From positions 78,060,001-78,124,000 of the forward strand of contig NW_024704743.1 of NCBI RefSeq assembly GCF_018977255.1: DNA of 64,000 nucleotides. Reading direction: 5' to 3'. Made by a program: the position numbers and the translations under genes. The notes below the pieces were generated by a model that was given only the letters and a program-made list of their open reading frames with translations, was not told the DNA's origin and made no database searches. Below are positions 12,161 through 26,100 of the stretch, piece by piece (positions within the stretch are counted from its first letter, which is position 1; each line of letters opens with the position of its first letter). Source of the DNA: Callorhinchus milii. Taxonomy: Eukaryota.

Positions 12161-15100
12161 TTCTGTTAAACCAAGAGGAGTCCTGTTCTACTCGTTCTCT
12201 GTGCTCTCACCCCACCAACACATTCATATCGAAGACTTGGTAAGGCTCTATATCAAATGCAAGCATTATTATATTATTTTTATTATCTGGAGAATACCTA
12301 TATTAGATGGCTACATTTTTATGTATCAGGTCATTTAGGTCATATAACAGTTTCTTTGGAAAGATTTTTTTTGGTCATCGAATGTTTGAGATTTTTTTTT
12401 GGTCTGACACATACGGAAACCCATCACCATGCTTAAGAGTATTCAAACAAAACTGAGAATTCCATGCATCCCACTAACACGTGGAAATCTCAGAGACAGA
12501 TTGTCGGAATGGAATGCCCACTTTGCACAGAGAGTAATTAATGGCTGGAATAGTTTACCAGAAAGGATTGTAGAGACCAATATGTTGGAGTCGATTAACA
12601 AACCCACCAATGTTGTAATCCAAACATGGTGGGGTAGATATTCACATAGGATGGGATCAGAAAGGTAGAAAAGACTTCTTTATCTGAACCTTCATTGCAA
12701 TTTGTGGTTCATGAAGACCTTCAGTGAGAGACTCCCATTAAGATTACCCGTGGCAGTGCAGCACTTCCAGTTGTTGCATCCTTAGGACCTTCCACAGGTT
12801 CCCATGGGGGATAATAAGGAATTAGATTTTACTGTGTTGTGAAGGTAATTGAAGCATTGTGTTGCCAGATAACTCACTACATAGAACTCAGTGGGAACAA
12901 GCAGCAATGAAGCCCCTGAAGCAGGAAGACAGGTGTCAGAGGGTGTCCCTTACCAGTTTCTTTACTAAGCACTGAATGGGTTTCTATTATTTTTATATGG
13001 ATGCATTCACTCACATTAATTGACATTGCTACTTATTATTTGCTGCGCATCTTTTGATTTCTTTCATGCAACTGACCATTGATTTCAGGCACAAATTAAA
13101 GAATGCCAGGCTCCAGGGTAGATTAAAAGGAAAATTAGTTTGTTCATTAAGTTGTGACTTCCCAGTGATGTATGTATCTAACACTGTTAGTATATTTCTC
13201 TTCTGCATTTTCCAATGTGTTGCGCACCTCTCTTAGCTACTTTTGCGCATACCTTATTAGTTGCTCCCCTAGTTAACGGAATAGCATTCGGTGTTGCTTG
13301 GACTGTCAACTTCAGGAATGCAGAGATAAAGGAATCCTGCTGCCCTTATCTACAAGTAAATCTGAGAGTGCTGAAAGTAGTTACCAAGACTTTGTTGTAT
13401 TCAACCCCATTACCCTTCACCCGCCACCCCTACCACCACCACCACCATCCCATCTCTCCCCCAGTCTCACCATCTCATCAAGATATTAAACAGAAATTGG
13501 GTCACTCAATCCATAGCTGTTTGTGGGGCAATGCTGTGTGCAATTGTCTGTCACCTTTTCGCCCACAAAATATACAGTCAATTCACTTTAGAGCATATTC
13601 TGTGAAGCGCTTTGAGACGTCTCAAAGACATGATTAAGAGCTATATCAAATGCAAGGATTATTATTATTAAGTTTGTGAGTCCAGTGTGCAGAATCTTGG
13701 ATTTGAATCCTGAGGCACCCTATGCTGATGCACTAGCACATTGCACTGTGTGACTCTACTCTTTTTAAAAGGGCAGGTCAATCCCAAACAAAACTAATCA
13801 AACAGCTCAAAGTTTGAATGTTTGTCAGTTCACTATAGCCTGATTCAAGTTTTGAATTTAGTTTTTCTTGCATCCTGAGTACCAGTATCCACAAATTGAA
13901 TGTCCTTGCCCTTTACTGATGAAAATAAATGGGGCTGGCTTTACACAGAACATTTTCTGTGGTTTTATGTCGTGTTTACTGACTTGCAATCCAGAGTAAA
14001 ATACTCCTGTGTAGCATTCAGTCCTGACCCAACATCCTGCGCTGACAGGCAATTCACATTTGGTGACAGATTGGGTTTATTACTGAAATTCCTGCCTTTG
14101 CGCTAGTGTCAGGAATATTACAGCACATGACATGATGCAATCAAAAGGGAGCTCACTGAAACAATTATATGGAGGTATTTATCCCTGCTCTCTCACATGC
14201 TAAAGATAATTGACCTGAAAAATTTCATCATTAGGTGCTTCAAGAGCAGCTACTGGAGTGAATAAAAGCAGGATTTTATCATCCTAACATGGTTACATTG
14301 ACTTAAATTTCACTCTGAAAAGTCAGCTGTAATCTGCACTTATAATAGGTGTAGATTACAGCAGACTTTTTCTAATTAGAGCCTGTCCATTCTAACAGCC
14401 AGGTATCTAGAGACAGAAACATTGCTCAATGCTATTCAACAACAACAAGATTACATTTGTATAGCGCCTTTCACGTCGGGAGGACGTCCCGAGGCGTAAT
14501 CTTTATGGAAATTATATTAAGGGATTCTTAAATCCTGTAACAATAGAATTGTATTAGCCATTCTTTTATACAAGTTGATATTTTTGTAACAGATTTTATG
14601 AAATGAAACAGAAACAGGGAAAGATGCAAAAATTTGTCAGACAAAAAAAGTAATCCTTGAATTTGACATTTTTTTATTTGTTTTAAATTAAATTTAAATC
14701 TGCTTTTGATGTGAAAATAATAATAACCCTTGCATTTGATATATTATTAATGTACATTTTTCTGACATTAATGAGGCAAGTTTGTCTGATCATCATTGGG
14801 CTGGGTTCCGGATCAACCAAAGGCACTATTTTCATCTGTGGAACATCAATATCACATTAATAAGATGGCAGGTGCCCTCTGTGAGCTCGAGAGTCAATGG
14901 GATATGTATACCTACTAAAATACACAGTCACTTCAGTTTACACTTTACTATGAAATGCTTTGAGATGTCCTCCTAATGTAAAAGGTGTTTTCACATCAAA
15001 TGCAGATTTAAATTTAATTTAAAACTAATAAAAAATGTCAAATTCATCTTCTTCATCGCAGGCTTCTTCTTCCCCAGCTTCTTCATGAGTGACAACTTTG

Positions 15101-16231
15101 TGATGTTCTGCTATATTTGATGGCAATGGAACATTCCCCCCCCCCACAACCCCCACTGTTCAACATGCAACACACTACAGCAATCTACAGCGCTTTAGTG
15201 GGGTGGACTTGTAAAGAACTACCAGTGACCCAAACATGAGATCAGATAAGATTTTAAAAACCCTAAAATATCCTTAATGTCCACACAAGTACGCATATCT
15301 ACATAATTGTACCGTTCCTTGGATGTTAATAAAGTTCCCACAAACAGCTGTGCGGTTGAATGTTCAAGGGATAGGCTGCTGTCATTGTAACTTGATATCA
15401 AAGTATTCCACATTGTATTTGGTCTCTCGGCCTTGGCTTTTGTCAACCTGCGTCTGAAACCTCCGGCATTAGTTGTGCAGGGTGGGTCCCCTTGGACCTA
15501 TGTGCACTTAATACCAGACAAGTGGAAACCATACATATGTGGAACGCTCGGTAGTTCTGTTTGGAGACTCTTTAGCACAATGATGGGTTTCCACAAAGGG
15601 CAGACACTTGGCTGACGATACAAAAAACCTAGTTGGTTGTTCCAGAATAAATATTTTCAATAGGGACTGGAATTTCAGAGCAAGTTAAAATATTACCTTT
15701 GCATCTCTGGGATCCGACTTTGAAAAAATGGCCTAGACAGGTGAAACTATTTTTTGCATTCTCCAGAACAAATTTTAGAAAACCAGTTTTGTCTCCGTTC
15801 CAAGTTCCAAGTAAAAAAAAATCAAGTCATTTAAAACAAGAGTGTGCTCTCTGAGGGTTGACATTGTGTTTTGTGAGCATGGTGCTGACTGAGCAGAATG
15901 AAAAAGAACAGACAGCATTTGGTCCAGGAAACCTTCAATTCTGGTAATACACGGGAGAGAGTCACTTGAAGCCAGCCCTCTCTGTACAGATTGTTAAATT
16001 ACCTTATATAAGGCTGAATGAAGTGCCCAGCATTTAGTGAGTACCCATAGTTATTCATCACTTCACGCCTGTGTTTTGATCTGCTAATTAGAAGATCAAT
16101 ACATGTATAAAGCGTGGCCTGATGCCAAGCTGGCAGTAAAGTGCCCTTTATTAAACAATGTGCTGCTGCGTTGAAATGATGGTAGGGTTGATATCCTGGA
16201 AGGATGAGATCAAACGTTTCAGGCTGTACCA

Positions 16232-16308
16232 CTAGACACGGCCCAGTCTCTACCCCTAGACACGGCCCCGTCTCTACCCCTAGACACGGCCCAGTCTCTA
16301 CCCTTAGA
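16232..16308 (+). repeat. 24-bp tandem repeat x3 (ctagacacggcccagtctctaccc)
   Basis: Directly visible, with decayed units continuing to about 16390. Confidence 0.9.
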
Positions 16309-16944
16309 CATCTCTATACATGTTGTAGTCTGTGCCTCAAGACATTACAAGTCTGTATCTCTAGACATCATTAGTCTTTACCCCCTGGAGATGATGATTT
16401 TTAAGTCAATCACAATGGGGAGTTCTGAACAACTGGAAACAGTAAAATGTAGTTCCCATATTGAAGAAGAATGATGATGATGATAATAATAAATAATGAT
16501 CCACATTGTGTCTTTCACATCAGGAGGACATCTGAAATGCTTTGCTTCATAGTGTAAATTATGTTACGATTTAATATGTAGGAAATCCATACCTGGAAAC
16601 TACCAACTCATTGACCAGACCTGAATGGAATCAATAATTAGAAGCAAAACAGAAGAGTATACAAATAAATTAACAAATATGGACCCTCATTTTTCCCTTT
16701 TTCTCCTTGAAGGCTATGGCTCACTTTGAGTGTAGATCCATTGATATTTGTTGCTGGCCAGTATTTTTCCTTAATATATGTAAAAATAGTTTGTTGAAAA
16801 TTGTTCCTAATTATTGTTAGCTGTCCATTATTCCTTGCAAAATTAGTCAAACCAACTTGAAAGAAAGCTTTCTCTCTCTGCCTGTCAAAATATGAATAAG
16901 GAGTACAATGATACACTGAAAGGCTCTTGTGTGGAGTCAAGGAG

Positions 16945-17110
16945 GCTATGCTGAGTTAGCTGATCTCAGTAGCGGGTGAGCAATAATTAGTTTCAGTATC
17001 CCGATCTCGAGAAGGGAAATGTCAGCCAGAGTTCCTTCTCCTGATGAATGTTCCAGTGAATCCTTGTTGGAATGTGCAGTTCGCAAACATCAGTGGGATC
17101 AAATTCTGGT
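16945..17110 (+). mobile_element. Fragment of a third, older SINE family (AmnSINE2-like, from recall)
   Basis: gctgagttagctgatctcag...gtcagccagagttccttctcctgat. A related minus-strand piece lies at about 60200-60330 (gttagctaactcagc). Confidence 0.5.
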
Positions 17111-19828
17111 TGGCATTCTCATTGACAATGCCGTTTGCTAATGAGATTTCCCAGTATAACCAACTAAATCCATGAGGCTTGCCATTGCAAATACTGTCTG
17201 GCTTCCAGCTGATTATCCAGCTAGGGCTACCTTCCCTTTAGGGCTATGGCTTGCAGAGTTACCACAAGTTGAATGGGAAGAGTCCCCACCCTGACAGTGA
17301 GACCCACTAGACTGAGCCTCATTGGAGGCTCTCAGGTATATGCTTAAGTTACTGGTCCTTTGCTCTGGACTTACATTTTACCCTTTATTATGGGTTAGTT
17401 ACTGTACCGAATGCCTCATTAAATCAAGCACAGCATGCCAGTCTTCCAAGAATCATATTAATGCGTTTCACGCACAAAATATACAGCCAATTCACTTTAC
17501 AGTATATTCTGTAAAACGCTTTGAGACATCTCGAAGATGTGATAAGGAACTATATCAAATGCAAAGATTATTATTATTATTACAATGAGAATAGAGTGTT
17601 GACAGAAAATAATCATAATGATTTGTATGACATATACTGATTCAGAAAGCGTGCTTTTTTCATCTGGTTAAAATACACAGAAAGTGCAATATGTAATAAC
17701 CAAAGGGTAAAATGCCAGCCAGCATTACACACAGGAAGTAAATCTGTGAGAAAGCCTCAGTGTTTTCACTGTAATGTATAATCGGGGTGAAATTTGCTAA
17801 TTGTGGTGATAATCAATAATCGTTATCATCTTTACATTTTGTACACTTGTAATGTCGAAACGTTTCAAACACTTCATAGGGGAACTATTGTAAAGTGTTG
17901 TTACTGTGTATTTGTAGTAAATTCCTTAAGGCAATTTGCACACAGCAAGGCCCCAAGGTCCCACAAACAGACAAGAAGTGAATAATGAATTTATCCGGAG
18001 GATGTTTAGCCAGGATACCGGGAGAAACACCCTTCTTTTTCCGAATAGTGCCATGTTTCTTCTGAAGGAAGGCATCTCTGATGCAGCGCTCCACCAAGAC
18101 TGCACTGTCATGTCAACCTGGACTATGAGCTCAAGCCCTGAGATAGATCTTAACTTAAAACCTTCTTACCCAGGGGATAAGATTGTGATCGACTGAGCCA
18201 GGACGATACCTAATTATCACAGTGTTGCAAAATGCACTTTCTGCAACCAGTCAAAAGCACCTCCATCAACTCCATCAGAATGGGTGGTACCAAAGTCAGC
18301 AGTCATTAGACTTGGCAGCCGTGGAGTGATAATGAAGATAAACCTTAAGTACATTTTATTTTACATTTCAGCCTTGCTCAATTGGTAGCACACTCCCCTG
18401 CTAGTCAGAAAATTGTATGTTCAAGCCTCCACATCAGTACTCTGAATGCACAGTCTAAGATAACACTCCAATCCAGTGCTAGGGCACGCTGTTGGAGATG
18501 CCGTGTTTTGTATAAGACACTAAAAACTGAGTCTGCATGTTCAGGTAGACTTTAATAGATCCCATAGGACTAATCAAAAGGAGACGGGAGTTTCTTTCAG
18601 CGTCTTTTTTTGCGTTCGATTGAAATGTCTGGTCAAACTGAAGCTCACTCATACAGTAGCTGCATGTGTCGTTTCAAAAGTTTCAATCCAAAGAGTTGTT
18701 TCATGGTTCATTCACAGTTATGCTAGTCCCTGCCTTCTCCCAACAATCCTGTCACTGTGAATTTCACATTTCACAGTGGCATGAATGTTGATGGGAGACA
18801 GGTACTAATATAAATACTGTGCTTACACAGTAAAATAAGAAAGACCCCCTAAATGAGGGAACATGGGGGAAGGAAATTTCAAACACCTTACCTTTCATCC
18901 AAAGATTTTCCCATCACAAAGGTGAGCATGCACATTGCCAGATTCTCTCCCAGCCTCGCATTATGTGCTGTAGCCCCACACCTGCACCCTCATCTTGTTA
19001 TTCCATCCTGGGCCAAATTCTCTCTCATACACACCCTGGCACTGTAAAAAGCCAGCAACCAGCAAGGCAGTAAAATAAAACGTCCGGTTAAAAATCTTTT
19101 TCCCAGTGTCCTGGCCAACAATCCTCCAGAGTAAAAAAAGAGGTCATTTAATTAATGGCTCTTTGTGAGACATTGCTGTGTGCAAATTGTCAGTTGCATT
19201 TGTCTACAAATACACTTCACAGTAAATCCTGTTAAGTGCTTTGAGGTGTTTTAAGGACATGCTATAATCCTATATTAAAAGCAATGATTATTATTTATAA
19301 GATTCAATAATAATGCAAGTTGTTTGTTCACATTAAAATGACACTGATTCAAAGCCAAGCATGACATTTTGGGAACAAAATCTTGGTTATCTTTTTTAGT
19401 TACTGAATAATGTTTCAAAATATTGTAAAAACATTTTACTTTCATTTCCAATAAAAGGAACCTCACATAGTTTTGCTTTTAAATTTTCATGCCAGATACA
19501 ATGAGAGTCTTGAAGAAGTTCAAGCAGATGTCCTCTATTACCATAAATGAATAATATAGGATCCTATGGTATTTTTGAACAGGAAATTATTTATGATGAT
19601 TTAATGGGGGTCCCATTGTAGACTATAATATTTAGGAAGCCATAGAAAAATGATAAGGAAAAAATGTAACTATTACATTAAAATTATTGATATTCAGTTA
19701 CTAAATGGCCAACAATCTCCAAAATACAATTGCTCATTCACTTCATGGCTGTTTGTGGGACATTGCTGTGTGCAAATTGGCTGTTGTGTTTGTCATCAAA
19801 ATACACATTCACTCCACTTTACAGTATA

Positions 19829-20140
19829 TTATCATAGAATAGAATTATACAGCACAGTAGGAGGCCATTCAGCCCATCATGTCTGTGCCAGCTCTTTGAA
19901 AAGAGCTATCCAAACCAATCCCACTCCCCCGCTCTCTCCCCAAATAATTATCTGCTTCTCTCTTAAAAGTTGTTATCGAATCGGCTTCCACCACGCTTTC
20001 AGGCAGTGCATTCCAGATTCGAACAACTTGCTGTGTGAAAAGATTTCTCCTCACCTCCCCTCTGTTTCTTTTAACAACTATTTTAAATCAGCGTCCTCGG
20101 GTTACTGACCCACCCGCCAGTGGAAATAGCTTCCCCTTGT
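19829..20140 (-). mobile_element. CR1 3' fragment inserted within a SINE
   Basis: Minus-strand RRNLFTQQVVRIWNALP and a 3' UTR similar to 30350-30600. SINE sequence is interrupted at about 19828 and resumes at about 20145. Confidence 0.85.
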
Positions 20141-23100
20141 TCCAGTGAAGTGTTTTGAGACTCCACCTGATTGAAAGGTGCTATATCAAATGTAAGGATG
20201 AGTACGATTAAATCTCATCTGTGTGTCTTCCTTGCTTCTGCTCTGTAGCTGATGTTATGCGGAATGACTTCTCCAGGCTTTGAACTAATAAGTCACATCT
20301 AATTGTTAAAGTATATGTGCTTCATTATGCTGTGAACTTTAAAAGCACCCAGATCAAAAGGTGGATCAGGTGGAAGTCATTGGGAATGCAAGCAAGCTTT
20401 TGTCTTTCACAAATGTACAAAAAGCACCAGTAAAGCCTTCTTAGAGCCCTTCAGCTGGCATTTTAAAACAGCCTTGGGTGAGATAACAAAGAAGTTACTT
20501 CAGAAACCATTAAACATTTCACAGCCACTTCCCTCCAGGGTCTGAGCATAGAGCTAATAAACAGGTAAATGGAAGTGACAGTGTGTTATTGAGGGGCTGC
20601 TTGTTTGTGCATGAAGTTAGATAATGTGTTCTTCTCTGTCATTATATTCCAAATCCGAATTCCCTGAATGCACTCAAGGCAGGGCGGCAATGTCACAGTG
20701 TTATGTGTTTTGTAGGGATTTAAAATAATGATTGCTATCCAGGAATATCTGAAGCACAGGTGCTGGAGTATTTATAAAGTAACCATTAAGACAGCTACCT
20801 CAATTCAGCTTTTATCCTTATGTTGCTTAATACATATTGGCTGCCCCGTTCGCCCACAAAAAAATACTCGGTCACTACACTTTACAGCATAACTTGTGAA
20901 GCGCTTTGAGATATCCTCCCAACATGAAATATGCTATACCAAACATAAGGATTATTATTAATTTTTTTTCTGTTATTGATATGAATAATATTTTAATGGG
21001 CTACTGCTCTTACAATCAATAGATGAAAGGATAATAATAACAACAATTTGCACTCATACAGCTTCTTTCACATAGGGTGAACAGCTAAAAGCCCTTTGAG
21101 ATATGGACTGGCAGAAGCCTGAGCTGGGAGAGAAGGTAGAGTAGAGGTAGTGAGTGGGAGGAGGCTGAAGGCACAGACGAAGAGATAGGTTGAGAAGCAG
21201 GGTTGGTTAAAAGTCTTTGGGTATCAAAGAATTTTCTATGATAACAAAAAAAATGCAGCTTTTTGCTCATTTGTCTCTCTCCCCACTGCCCTGAGGTGAC
21301 AGGACAGGCAGGAAAGCTGTTGCAGGCTCTGCCTGTTCTACACTCTTACCAGCTCCTGAGAGGTGATGGGGAGGTGACTTTTCCTCTGAATTAACTCCAT
21401 CCCTTCTACCCAGTGAGAGATCCTGAATTTGACATGGAAGCAATCTATATATGTGCAGACTGAACCCTGCCATCCACAGCACATTGGAACACCTAGACAT
21501 CATCCCTTGAATCTTAATAATTTAGGAATATATAACATTGATGGTTCTAGTCTTTGAGAAGCTCTCCTCCATGTAGTGAGGCTTGATTTGACATAAAAAT
21601 GTGATTTGTTTTATTTCTTTGTTATCCTTTAACTCTTTCAGTGAAGAATATTTACTTTGTATTTCAAAGATGCTCTATCGTTTTGTGCCACTAATTATTT
21701 CCTGTAGCCTTTCAATTCTAAATAGATTTAGAGGAATGTAGAGAACCACAGGAATGTGGTGTCTCTCATACGTGGCCTTTGAATAAACTGAACAAGTGTG
21801 AAACAACATTTGTTCGCCTAAAAACACACAATCACTCCACTTTACACTATACCCTGTGCAACATGTATGATGTCCTCTTGATGTGAAAGCACATGTATCA
21901 AATATAAGGAAATTATTGTCATATTAAAACACAAAACGTTTTAGGCATATGAGTTGCGCTTGGGGCCCATCTAGACCAGTATTTCTCAATGACCGGTCTA
22001 TGGACCACTGTAAATCCATGACAATCTCACGAGCAGTCCATATCAAAGATACCTTTAAACTGAATGACCTGACAGGTTATTTTACTGATGGTCTGCATCA
22101 TCTTAAGAAGAAATTGAGCTAGTCCTGGGATCAATAACATTGAGAACCACTGATCTAGACTATCCATACAACATCCCAAAGATCCCTTCAACACATCTAT
22201 CCCATTATCTCATAATCCAATTAAATCCTTTAAGCTTCCAGGAACTTGTCCGGTCCCTTATTACAGGCGCAGAAACGCTTCTGCAGCCTTCTAAAAGAGT
22301 TAATAATTGTGCAACTATCTTCACTGATGGGCTCCTGCTCCTTCAAACAACGCCTCACAGCTGTGATCACCCATCCACTGGACAAAAGAAGAGAGCTTTG
22401 CAAACCACATGTTTATACCCTCCTGGAGCCATTTACTTCAAACCTAAATATAGGTTTATAATGGGTCAAAGGGTCAACAGAGGAACAGGTCTTCATTTAA
22501 TTGACCTTTTTTTCTGGTGCTCTGGGCACTCCTGTATCCATGTGGAATGTCACGTATTTTAAAGTTATCCACCAGTCAAGTTAGTCAAGAATGTCTCTTG
22601 AGTTTGCAAACACCTGTCAATTTCGCTACTTGAAGCAGTCATCATTTTTGTGGTTTTGCATCTGGGGCTAGTTTTCTCACTTTTCTTTTTACAAACAGAA
22701 AACAAGACGAGCTGTAGCTCTGACATGTTAATCCCTATTTATCTTGAAGAAATCCAACAACAAGTTGCTTTATATAACGCCCTTCAAACGAGTAGCATCT
22801 TGGAGTGCTTAACAGCAGTGTGATTTGATTCCGAGCTGGAAATAGGGGGGAGGTGACCAAAGGCATAGTGAAAGAGGAAAATCTTCAGGTGTGATTTGAA
22901 GAAGGGCAAAACGGGTCAGAGAGTTTCAGAGATTCGGGGCTTAGTGGCTGAAAGCACAAATATAAGTTTGCCAATAGAGTGCAAATGAGCTTTCCCTTAC
23001 ACTTATATAATTAATTAGCCCCAGGAATTACCCTGAATTAATTTCAACAGTGCACAAACACTTGAACAGATTTCAAATGGTAAAATCACTGTTCACACCA

Positions 23101-26100
23101 CACATACACACACATAAACACACTGACCAGAGGCCTTCTTCACCCTGACTAACCTGGGTATTCCCTACCCTCGACCAACATCAGCCTACTCCACTTCCCT
23201 GCTCTATCTGACTCACCATCACTGGGCAGCCTGTCAGCCACATGGCACCTACTGTCTGAAACTCTATTCCCAGTCTCAATCTTAGCCTGGAAGACATGTC
23301 TTAAAATTTAAGATCACACAAAATTAAGGAAAAATCTTTAATTAAAGTCAGTCATTTTTAAAAATTGAGCTTCCAAATTAAAATCGGGGTCTGAGCATTT
23401 TCCACAATTCTGTGACATGTTCTCAGTCTGCAAACCTTTCCAATCTTTCCACTGAAGTGAAACTATGGTCATAGGATGTTCCTATCCCAGCTCAGATCTA
23501 AATCCTGGACTGTCCATCATCTTGGGATATCTACCCGACGTAAAATGCCCTATATAAATGTGAATTTGTTGTTGTCGGTGTTACTATGTTGAATGTTTCC
23601 AGGCTCTTATCTTGAAACTGCCCTCTTGCAGGAATTGTATGGTGCACTCCTGCCATCTATATGAATGTGGCCTCCTCTGCATTTGGGCATTATTTAACAC
23701 AATAAATTTTGTGAAAAATGCTTTGCGGTGTCATGTGGCATGACACGCCTGTGATATTTTGTGTATGTTTCTCACGATTTTTTTCAATAGCCTATACGAC
23801 AAATATTTTCAATTTGGTACAGCTTTTAACTTATTCCAGTGCTCTCAAAATAATTGATGTAAAATACTAAACTATAAATAAAAAACTAATAATCCTTGCA
23901 TTTAATTATTAAACTATAAATACCCAGGGTTGTAAATCCAGAGGGTAATTAATGACTGGAACAGGTTGGCAGGAAGCATCTGTTTAGCATCTTTAATGTA
24001 GAATAAAAGTCTTGTACTGAGCACAGACTACAGATTGAGTTTGAGACCAAGTCAGTGTGCGTGGTATCGTTACACACTTGGCAGTGCACTTAGGAGGCAA
24101 CTGCAAGAATATTCCTATTAAAAAATCAGCAGTAATAATCCGTTTTTACCAAATGCAAAGACATACCAGAGCTAGAAAGTCAAAAGAAAGGAATTTTGAA
24201 TTTTTAAAGCGACCTTATCATGCCGAAAAATGATTTACTTTATTACTGTCAAGTGTAGTGACTATATTATAGGCAGCAGCCAATGAGGCAAATGACCAAA
24301 TAAATCAAGTACCAGTGGCGGAAAACTGTTACATTTAGATTGTCTGAAATATTTGGTCCAAGAGAGCTTCTGGGGGTTATTGTGAAATAACAGACTACTT
24401 TGGGTATGAATACTGTCCTCCTTGCAACATTTATAGATGCTTAACTGATCCCGTTTATATTTCTGGACAGATGGAATCACAATATATTTGTTTCATACTG
24501 AGCTTCATAGTGTTAGCACAAGCGTTGAAGTTGAGTGCTGGGATATGTTTGGAGTTAAGACATTGCTGCATGTGTTCAAAGTCGGTTTCTCTTTTTTTAA
24601 TGTTGCCCATCTGATGCTTTTTACAGGCAAAATTGCCTGATGGAACAGTTTTACGCTGTGAATATTTGTCTGTCTGCAAAGATTTAACAACTCATGCCTC
24701 TTGCCATGGCCCTTCGCACCATTAACTGTGTGTTAAAATAGTGACATTATCCCTGGGCTATGTATGTTCCATAGGGTGAAAGTAACTGTACCTTGACAAA
24801 AATAACTGTACTTTCTGTTCTGTGTTTCAGCGGTTTTGGTGGAGAATATATGTCACAGTTTCAAGGTCAGGGCAAGTCAACTGTGTGCTTGAATTTGATT
24901 CAGCTGCTTGCATATCATTGGTATTTACCCATATATTTGTTGCCTGGTTGCAGTTGCATTATTTGTGACCAGAGACTTCTCGCACAGTTTTCCCAGTGCA
25001 GATTTCAAGCACCGGCCTCAGCGTGTGATGTATTGCCTTATAAATGCCCATTTGTAAGTTCAGAGAACGCCATATGAAAAAGCTGTGAAAATAAGTGATG
25101 CTGTATGGGAGAATTCGCAAATCCCCAAAGTGCTGTGTGTCACAAACTCAATAGTCCTCCTGTCAGCATGGGTTGAAAACCAATAAACACCTCTTTGGGT
25201 ATAAGTAATTTGTTATGCTATTATATAATTTTCACTGTAGTATGAAGGTGACCAAAACCTCTCACTAATATATAATTTGTTACATTTTCTGACGGAACTT
25301 TTTCTCTTAACTGACTAATAGGGAGACTTGTTTCTCATCTGTTACCCTGGTAGAGGCTCATTTATTGCTCTTCTGAAAGGGCCTGCATTGCTCACCATTG
25401 CAGTGGGACGTGTTAATACTGTGCAGCACTGGGACATAGTGCTGTAGGGTTGTAGTAAGAACGGGCACTGGGATAGCAGAAAGGCGACACAGAATGACGT
25501 CTGGGTTTCAAAGAATCCATGTGTATTGTACTTGGAAATGAAGTGCAAAAAGAAAATCTGGCTATTAATGACTATATGACAAATATTGAAAAAAAGATGA
25601 TGAAAAGGGGGTAAATAGGGAGTGCATACATCAGTGGTGACCAACCTTTTGGTCAACCAACCAACTACATTTTTCTTTATTGAATCTTTCTTCATTTATG
25701 GCTGCACCAAGAGAATTGTGACTCATTAGCTCCTGGAAACAAGGTACTGATTTGGCACAGACTTGCCTGGACTGGTGTGGGTATTCAGCGAGACACTTCT
25801 TGATGCCCCAAAAGTGGCCCACGGGCCATTGCATTACACTAGTGTAATATAAGTCTGCATGGCCATAACAACAACAACAAATTACATTTATGTGGAGCTT
25901 TTCACATCGGGAGGACTTCCCAAGGCGCCGGAATAAATGAAGCCTTAATTAAGGCCAATGCCTTAATGTGTTCCTTGTCTAGAGTCAGGCTTCCAATCTC
26001 CTGGAGCCAGCTTCTCCCAGTCAACTATTAGGTATTTTAACTCAGGAAATCCATTCTGCCAGGTCAAAACTACAAAAATGGATTTATAACTATGTTTCCA

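Noticed and set aside
24260..25830. Acceptor-like sites (24626, 24830) and short coding-looking frames; checked as possible exons of the neighbouring gene SLC35B3
   Set aside because: The translations I tried match no protein I recognise and give no coherent exon chain.
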